DNA of 64,000 bases from Candidatus Obscuribacterales bacterium (GCA_965228855.1 CBDDIJ010000003.1:704001-768000), one strand, 5' to 3'; positions 20,605 to 25,406 are shown, numbered from the stretch's first letter. Numbers and translations are program-made. The notes: generated by a model not told the origin, from the sequence alone.

Positions 20605-20708
20605 TCGCATCGTCACCAGCCAATCACTAGTATTGAATCTGGTGCTTCTCAGGGAATGGTGACCATGCGGCGTCCGGTGAAGACGCCGCGGGCGAGCAGA
20701 CGATGCGA
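20605..20708 (-). ncRNA. Unassigned three-way-junction structured RNA
   Basis: 10-bp closing stem TCGCATCGTC/GACGATGCGA with internal GCGGCGTC/GACGCCGC and CCAG..CTGG hairpins. Confidence 0.5.
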
Positions 20709-20713
20709 GCTAC

Positions 20714-20822
20714 TCGCGGTCACCTATATGACGGAGTCTAAGCATTTCCAGCGCACAGGCGGAAGAGGTTTCCGCCTGACCGCGACAGGTTTGATACCAC
20801 AAATATAAATGCTGACTCGGTC
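20714..20822 (-). ncRNA. Unassigned pseudoknotted RNA
   Basis: Crossing helices 20807-20822/20730-20747 and 20779-20785/20714-20720, with nested hairpin 20756-20778. Confidence 0.5.
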
Positions 20823-20827
20823 TAAAA

Positions 20828-20902
20828 TGGCTGCACAGGCAGGGGTCGAACCTGCGACAAATCGGTTAACAGCCGATTGTTCTGCCGCTGAACTACTGTG
20901 CA
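20828..20902 (-). tRNA. tRNA-Asn(GTT)
   Basis: Cloverleaf, CTGTTAA loop, encoded CCA. Confidence 0.93.
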
Positions 20903-20905
20903 ATA

Positions 20906-20987
20906 AGGAAGCAGAGGGACTCGAACCCCCAAACCTTGACGGCCAACTGTTTTCAAGACAGCGTCCTCATCCAGCCGGGTTGCTTCC
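20906..20987 (-). tRNA. tRNA-Ser(TGA)
   Basis: GGAAGCA/TGCTTCC, CTTGAAA loop, V arm. Confidence 0.88.
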
Positions 20988-21046
20988 GAGTGATACCGAA
21001 AATGATTTCGGTATCGCCGATAGTGCTTGCGAGCACGCTCGACATA

Positions 21047-21119
21047 AGCCGTTGACAGGAGTTGAACCTGCAACCTACTGTTTACAAGACAGCAGCTCTA
21101 CCAATTGAGCCACAACGGC
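21047..21119 (-). tRNA. tRNA-Thr(TGT)
   Basis: Cloverleaf, CTTGTAA loop. Confidence 0.93.
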
Positions 21120-21120
21120 A

Positions 21121-21195
21121 TGGAACCGCATCCAGGATTCGAACCTGGGCGCAAAGGTTTAGAAAACCATCGCTCTTCCGCTGAGCTAATGCGGT
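21121..21195 (-). tRNA. tRNA-Arg(TCT)
   Basis: Cloverleaf, TTTCTAA loop, CCA. Confidence 0.9.
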
Positions 21196-21196
21196 A

Positions 21197-21290
21197 TGGT
21201 ACCAGTGGTAGGGCTCGAACCTACAACCTTGCGCTAATCGGGCGCTCAACCGAGTATAAATCGGCCGCTCTGCCATTGAGCTACACTGGT
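21197..21290 (-). tRNA. tRNA-Ile(TAT) with long variable arm
   Basis: ACCAGTG/CACTGGT, TTTATAC loop, GCGC..GCGC V arm, ACCA end. Confidence 0.85.
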
Positions 21291-21320
21291 TCGTTTGTGA
21301 ACTAATTTAAGTAGCGAAGA

Positions 21321-21392
21321 TGGAGGCAGTAGGAATCGAACCCACTTAATGCTGGTTAAAAGCCAGATGCATAGCCACTCTGCCATACCTCC
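21321..21392 (-). tRNA. tRNA-Lys(TTT)
   Basis: Cloverleaf, CTTTTAA loop. Confidence 0.88.
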
Positions 21393-21509
21393 TAGCGTTG
21401 ATTCTCATCGACGCTATGCGTTTTGAACTCATATTGGAACCTCCGATGATGGAGCATGACCGTTTTTCAACGACCATGCTCCGAGACGCAAACTTGTTTC
21501 CGAAGTAAT

Positions 21510-21584
21510 TGGGAGCACTGACGAGAATCGAACTCGCATTTGCGGAGTGAAAGTCCACCTTCCTAACCATTAGAAGACAGTGCC
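21510..21584 (-). tRNA. tRNA-Glu(TTC)
   Basis: Cloverleaf, CTTTCAC loop, CCA. Confidence 0.88.
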
Positions 21585-21615
21585 GTAGAACCGCTTTTGA
21601 AGCGGAGTTGTAATC

Positions 21616-21688
21616 AACCCTTGTCAGGACTTGAACCTGAACGCTACTGGATCGGAACCAGTTGCTCTTCCGTTTGAGCTACAAGGGC
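21616..21688 (-). tRNA. tRNA-Arg(CCG)
   Basis: Cloverleaf, TTCCGAT loop; body nearly identical to Arg(ACG) at 22568. Confidence 0.9.
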
Positions 21689-21689
21689 A

Positions 21690-21820
21690 TGGGCCGTACG
21701 AGTTGGAGATACGAGTTTTTTACATCCCCATGTAGCGGGGATGATTGGAGTTGAACCAATTAGATTTGTGTTGGAGACAAATGTTTTACCGTGTGTAAGT
21801 ATCTTCTGTTAGAGTACGGC
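21690..21820 (-). ncRNA. Scaffold RNA carrying a circularly permuted tRNA-Trp(CCA)-like domain
   Basis: GCCGTAC-TCTAACA...AACTC-GTACGGC scaffold enclosing an anticodon arm (CTCCAAC), a T arm, then the acceptor hairpin CATCCCC/GGGGATG. Confidence 0.75.
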
Positions 21821-21829
21821 GGAAATTTG

Positions 21830-21898
21830 TTCGTGCAAGTCGTTGATGCGAAGCTAAGCTCGTTCAAAGAGTGTATGCATCAACTGTCGGAGCACGAA
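21830..21898 (-). ncRNA. Minimal scaffold RNA
   Basis: TTCGTGC-TCCGACA-GTTGATGC...GCATCAAC-GACTT-GCACGAA. Confidence 0.7.
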
Positions 21899-21901
21899 AC
21901 A

Positions 21902-21988
21902 TGGTCGGCGGGGCACGGATTTGAACCTGCGAAGTCTTGAGACGCGTGGGTTACGGCCACGCTGCTTTGGCCACTTGCATACCCGCCG
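21902..21988 (-). tRNA. tRNA-Tyr(GTA) with C1-G72 pair
   Basis: CGGCGGG/CCCGCCG-ACCA, CCGTAAC loop, V arm, bulged T stem. Confidence 0.82.
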
Positions 21989-22061
21989 GTACTGTTTGCG
22001 TTCTGAATCGGGGCGATACCAGAGTGGTATCACCGTGATACCAGACTGGTGTCATCAATGA

Positions 22062-22132
22062 AGTCCCTTGCAGGAATTGCACCTGCATAAACTGATTTGC
22101 AGTCAGTCACCTTGCTATTCGGACAAAGGGAC
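22062..22132 (-). tRNA. tRNA-Cys(GCA)
   Basis: CTGCAAA loop, U73, atypical TGCAATT T loop. Confidence 0.85.
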
Positions 22133-22133
22133 G

Positions 22134-22207
22134 TGGAGCCTATCATCGGACTCGAACCGATACCCCTAGCATGGCTCGCTAGGATTCTGCCTTTATACTA
22201 GATAGGC
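22134..22207 (-). tRNA. tRNA-Gly(GCC), atypical anticodon loop
   Basis: GCCTATC/GATAGGC-TCCA; loop GAGCCAT (G32, A33). Confidence 0.8.
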
Positions 22208-22208
22208 G

Positions 22209-22283
22209 TGGTTGCCGCAGAAGGATTTGCACCTACACTTGCTCACTTATCGGGTGAGTACTCTGCTGTTAAGTTATGCGGCA
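22209..22283 (-). tRNA. tRNA-Ile(GAT), atypical
   Basis: CCGATAA loop (C33), TGCAAAT T loop, ACCA end. Confidence 0.8.
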
Positions 22284-22284
22284 C

Positions 22285-22369
22285 TGGTGGAGGCAGTAGG
22301 AATCGAACCCACGTTGGTTTTGAAACCTCTGGTTAAGAGCCAGGTGCATAGCCATTCTGCCATGCCTCC
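22285..22369 (-). tRNA. tRNA-Lys(CTT) with variable arm
   Basis: CTCTTAA loop; GGTTTCAAAACC V hairpin; paralog of Lys(TTT). Confidence 0.88.
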
Positions 22370-22371
22370 AG

Positions 22372-22522
22372 GACGAGCGACATCGAGAACGGTTTCATGT
22401 TGCACATAGAAACCTCATCGTGCAGTTAGTCAGCTCGTTTCTGTTCTTGCACCACAGATGGTTTCGTTCATAAGACAGTCCCTTAGAACCGTTTTTTGCG
22501 AACCACATCTGGTGCTCGATGT
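22372..22522 (-). ncRNA. Unassigned multi-stem, possibly pseudoknotted RNA
   Basis: ACATCGAG/CTCGATGT closing stem, long hairpin 22449-22515, hairpin 22391-22414, crossing helix 22433-22439/22372-22378. Confidence 0.5.
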
Positions 22523-22567
22523 TTTAGACGTCACCCGGCGCCTGATAGCGCCTGCGGTGCTCTTAAT

Positions 22568-22642
22568 TGGAACCCTTGTCAGGATTCGAACCTGAAGCCT
22601 ACTGGTTCGTAGCCAGTTGCTCTTCCTTTAAGCTACAAGGGC
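22568..22642 (-). tRNA. tRNA-Arg(ACG)
   Basis: Cloverleaf, CTACGAA loop, CCA. Confidence 0.92.
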
Positions 22643-22682
22643 GCATGCCTGCTTATGGTTATGACACCGCAAGTAGGCGGTC

Positions 22683-22900
22683 AACCGTGCAAGTTGAAGT
22701 TACGGATCATCGCGTTTTACCGTTGCTCGAAATCTAGCCCAGTCCGCACTTACGCGTTGTTTAAATGATGGCTGCTTAAAGCCTACATCCTGGGTTTCTG
22801 ACGACTCCTCACAATCTCATTGCCATTTGAAACGACGGTTGGCTTAGCCAACTAGCCTCCTCTCGTACTGCTTGTATGTATCTTGGGTTGGGGCACGGTC
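22683..22900 (-). ncRNA. Scaffold RNA carrying 23S rRNA sarcin-ricin loop and L11/GTPase-centre mimics
   Basis: AGTACGAGAGGA at 22869-22858; CCCAGGATGTAGGCTTTAAGCAGCCATCATTTAAACAACGCGTAAGTGCGGACTGGG at 22794-22738; closed by GACCGTGC/GCACGGTT. Confidence 0.85.
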
Positions 22901-22903
22901 GCT

Positions 22904-22973
22904 TGCTCACCATCGGAATCGAACCGATTTCTCCATCCGGCGAGATGGATTTCTGCCATTGAATTAGGCGAGC
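22904..22973 (-). tRNA. Degenerate tRNA (Gly-like body, 8-nt anticodon loop CTCGCCGG)
   Basis: Acceptor GCTCGCC/GGTGAGC, canonical T arm, irregular D and anticodon arms. Confidence 0.6.
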
Positions 22974-22977
22974 ACAT

Positions 22978-23110
22978 AAACCGTACGAGTCGCGCTTGCA
23001 GGTGGGGCTTTACATTTCGCAGCCGTGAATTCCAGTTCCGGCAAGACACCCACAGTTACGTTTGTTTATTTGTTTGTGGATTGTAAGCAATCGCTGTTGG
23101 AGTACGGTTT
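22978..23110 (-). ncRNA. Scaffold RNA with A/C-rich single strand and small junction domain
   Basis: AAACCGTAC-TCCAACA...GACTC-GTACGGTTT; internal CACAAACAAATAAACAAAC and GTGGG/CCCAC domain. Confidence 0.72.
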
Positions 23111-23114
23111 TATA

Positions 23115-23185
23115 TTGCCGCAGCAGGTCTTGCACCTGCACGTGTCGGTTTATTCAACAAACACTCTGCGTTGATTTACACGGCA
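23115..23185 (-). tRNA. Degenerate tRNA-Ile(AAT)-like
   Basis: TGCCGTG/TGCGGCA acceptor like Ile(GAT), mismatched anticodon stem, loop TGAATAA, TGCAAGA T loop. Confidence 0.55.
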
Positions 23186-23186
23186 T

Positions 23187-23261
23187 TGGTACCCGATGAA
23201 GGACTTGAACCTTCAACCCGCTCTTTGTAAGAGAGACGCTCTACCATTGAGCTAACCGGGT
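23187..23261 (-). tRNA. tRNA-Val(TAC)
   Basis: Cloverleaf, CTTACAA loop, ACCA end. Confidence 0.92.
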
Positions 23262-23262
23262 A

Positions 23263-23339
23263 TGGTGCTTAGGGTCGGGGTCGAACCAACAACGCGCAGG
23301 GCTTCAACCTGCCGCTCTACCACTTGGAGCTACCTAAGC
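23263..23339 (-). tRNA. tRNA-Phe(GAA)
   Basis: Cloverleaf, TTGAAGC loop, ACCA end. Confidence 0.92.
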
Positions 23340-23340
23340 A

Positions 23341-23417
23341 TGGTGCTTCTGGAAGGAGTCGAACCTTCAGACTTCTGTTTTTGAAACAGATGCATGTACC
23401 GATTCTGCTACAGAAGC
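23341..23417 (-). tRNA. tRNA-Leu(CAA), short variable loop
   Basis: TTCAAAA loop, A73, variable region only AGTCT. Confidence 0.88.
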
Positions 23418-23420
23418 ATG

Positions 23421-23540
23421 TGGCCGTACGAGTCGAGGTGCAGTGTAGTTCACGGAGGAATCGAACCTCCAACTTCTGATTAATAGTCAGATACTCTTAC
23501 CGTTTGAGTTAGTGTGTATGCACGTCTGTGTGAGTACGGC
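23421..23540 (-). ncRNA. Scaffold RNA carrying a tRNA-Asn(ATT)-like D/anticodon/T core
   Basis: GCCGTAC-TCACACA-GACGTGCA...TGCACCTC-GACTC-GTACGGC enclosing perfect D, anticodon (CTATTAA) and T arms. Confidence 0.78.
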
Positions 23541-23547
23541 GCAGTTA

Positions 23548-23620
23548 TGGAGACGATCGGAGTTGAACCGACAACCTTCTCGTTGCAGGCGAGGTGCTCT
23601 ACCAGTTGAGCTAAGTCCCC
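23548..23620 (-). tRNA. tRNA-Ala(TGC)
   Basis: G3-U70 pair, CCTGCAA loop (C33). Confidence 0.9.
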
Positions 23621-23624
23621 AGGT

Positions 23625-23728
23625 GGAGCCGATCTTGGCGTTTCGAGATTGCGATGAAGACCCTCCGAGTTTGCGCCGGCAATGCGCTCGATCTTCGCAG
23701 AGAAAAAATCGTCGAAACAATCGGCTCC
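23625..23728 (-). ncRNA. Unassigned rod-shaped RNA with pyrimidine-rich internal loop
   Basis: GGAGCCGAT/ATCGGCTCC, GTTTCGA/TCGAAAC, TTTTTTCTC bulge, apical hairpin. Confidence 0.5.
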
Positions 23729-23734
23729 TGGTAC

Positions 23735-23810
23735 TGGTCGCAGAGACCGGATTCGAACCGGTAATTTACAGGTTATGAGCCTGCCGTGTTAACCGTTACA
23801 CTACTCTGCT
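23735..23810 (-). tRNA. tRNA-Met(CAT) with A1xG72 mismatch
   Basis: CTCATAA loop, ACCA end; Met versus fMet versus Ile2 not resolved. Confidence 0.88.
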
Positions 23811-23823
23811 AAATTTGAACATT

Positions 23824-23897
23824 TGCTTCTGGAAGGATTCGAACCTTCAGACCTCCGGGTTTAAGTCGGATGCATGTGCCGATTCTGCTACAGAAGC
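23824..23897 (-). tRNA. tRNA-Leu(TAA), short variable loop
   Basis: CTTAAAC loop; paralog of Leu(CAA). Confidence 0.88.
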
Positions 23898-23898
23898 G

Positions 23899-23973
23899 TG
23901 GCGCATCCCCTAGGATTTGAACCCAGATCGAACGAGTTTGGAGCTCGTCATGTTGCCGTTACACCAGGGATAC
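23899..23973 (-). tRNA. tRNA-Trp(CCA)
   Basis: Cloverleaf, CTCCAAA loop, GCCA end. Confidence 0.92.
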
Positions 23974-23976
23974 GGG

Positions 23977-24136
23977 TTGAGTGAGTTAAGCACGAGCCTT
24001 CGGTCTGGGTTATGTGAACTGCAACTGAATCTGATTTTCAGCTGCTGGAACCATTTGCTATCACGATTCCGTCGGCTCCGTGTTGGGTCACGACGCCTGC
24101 TCGATCACGAACCAAAACTCGTGCTCAACCACTCGA
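23977..24136 (-). ncRNA. Unassigned ~160-nt structured RNA at the head of the array
   Basis: Long closing helix GAGT-GGTTGAGCACGAG / CTCGTGCTTAACT-C-ACTC with internal hairpins. Confidence 0.5.
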
Positions 24137-24273
24137 ATGTTTTTTTGCGGATTCAATTTTCAGTGTGCGATTCGTCGAGGAGTCACGCAAGAGCGCAGAG
24201 AAACAGGCCTGTTCACTACTGCGAAGGCGCTTCAAGACTATTTTTTTGTTCGCGAAAATCCAGAACTAATAAC

Positions 24274-24303
24274 AAAAAAGCCTGGGCTTTTCGACCCAGG
24301 CTT
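24274..24303 (-). terminator. Intrinsic terminator upstream of the tRNA array (attenuator)
   Basis: AAGCCTGGG-TCGAAAAG-CCCAGGC followed by TTTTTT on the minus strand. Confidence 0.8.
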
Positions 24304-24325
24304 GCGAATGAGAAACGACTCTACG

Positions 24326-24454
24326 TCAGATCACACCTGGGCTATATTTATTCGTCGCGCCTGCTGTCCACAGTTCGCGACCGAGTATCTCGGCCGGTTT
24401 CCCGACGGACATGCGATTCTCGCAACTTAAATGTCTATATGATCTAAACGACAT
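24326..24454 (-). CDS. Putative 42-aa leader peptide MSFRSYRHLSCENRMSVGKPAEILGRELWTAGATNKYSPGVI
   Basis: GGAG SD 9 nt upstream; last codons contain the antiterminator strand GCCCAGG; stop 22 nt before the terminator. Confidence 0.6.
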   Translation of the reverse strand: MSFRSYRHLSCENRMSVGKPAEILGRELWTAGATNKYSPGVI

Positions 24455-24521
24455 TTCGTGTTTCTCCATTCGCCGCCGAATTCGATACTTAATCGAATCG
24501 ATTTTTCGGTCGACACTAACA

Positions 24522-24530
24522 ATCCTACCA
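24522..24530 (-). promoter_or_regulatory. Possible extended -10 promoter (TGGTAGGAT) of the array
   Basis: TGnTAnnnT match about 70 nt upstream of the leader ORF; -35 weak. Confidence 0.35.
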
Positions 24531-24854
24531 TGCACCTTCCGAAATTACACGGGGAAGTTTCAACTTTTAATCTTTGATTCGCGCTTACCATGCGGTTTTC
24601 CGCATATAAGAGTAAAAGAGTAATAAATAAACATGGAGAAGATGAAGATGTGGTGCGTTCTTAACGCTCACCAGATCCTCGGTCATGATTAAGTGCTTGT
24701 AGCACAGTCTCGTGTTTAGGTAATCAAAACATGTAATCGCTGAGCTTCTATCATGAACTTTAGAGGCCTTACTTTAATCAAAAGCCTATAGATCAATAGA
24801 TCCACATTTCAAGCTATTGAGATAACATAGAAGAAGGTAAATATTGGAGACGCT

Positions 24855-25124
24855 ATGTCAAAGGTTGTCTATTCTGATCGCCATCTGACCGACAACGGCT
24901 GGGTAACGGGGACCGAGCGTTGGGATGACGGAACACTTAAACTGGTAAATCCGCCATCCGACACAGCTATGACTGTTCGCTACTCTGTGCCCATGCATAG
25001 GCCTCCATACATAACGACCCAGTGGAAGACGGATCGCGACGAGTATCTGCAGGAACTCGTTCAGAAGTTTGGTGAATTGCCAAACGACCTGCAGATCGTT
25101 GAGAACACTGCGGGCGATAATTAA
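24855..25124 (+). CDS. Hypothetical protein
   Basis: GGAG SD, 89-aa ORF. Confidence 0.7.
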   Translation: MSKVVYSDRHLTDNGWVTGTERWDDGTLKLVNPPSDTAMTVRYSVPMHRPPYITTQWKTDRDEYLQELVQKFGELPNDLQIVENTAGDN

Positions 25125-25406
25125 CTGCGAAGCGGCGCTCGATTTTTCAATTAGTCGATAAATATCTGAAGATCATGTAGATGAGATCTCAGAGGGACTC
25201 TGAGATTTGAGCCGCGGTTTTTTTTGGTTTTCAGTGCCACTATATGTGGTGTTTGGCCTTTCGGAAGCCTGTATGGAACGACGCTAAAATTTGCAGATCG
25301 ACGCAAGCACTTGAGGTGGTTTGTCAACGAGTGAGCGTCGGAATTTGTGAAAACCGTCGCTCTGGGATTGACAGGGCGGGTCTAGAATCGATTTGTCTAA
25401 CGGTCG

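Noticed and set aside
20714..22522. HDV-like/theta or hammerhead ribozymes in the array spacers
   Set aside because: No 3-bp P3/P1.1/J4-2 core and no CUGANGA...GAAA in the correct arrangement.
22738..22869. Remnant or misassembled 23S rRNA gene
   Set aside because: Only two short motifs, in reversed order relative to 23S, with compensatory changes and enclosed by a scaffold shared with four other elements; no other rRNA sequence nearby.
21690..23540. Calling the scaffold RNAs canonical Y RNAs (YrlA)
   Set aside because: The stem motif and permutation point differ from the Ro60-binding consensus as I recall it, and no Ro60 gene is in the window; kept only as an analogy.
20548..24300. ORF-track entries overlapping the tRNA array
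   Set aside because: They are readings of tRNA/ncRNA sequence with no protein-like features.
24326..24454. High codon diversity of the leader as evidence of design
   Set aside because: 34 distinct codons among 42 is only slightly above the ~30 expected by chance, so it was not used as evidence.
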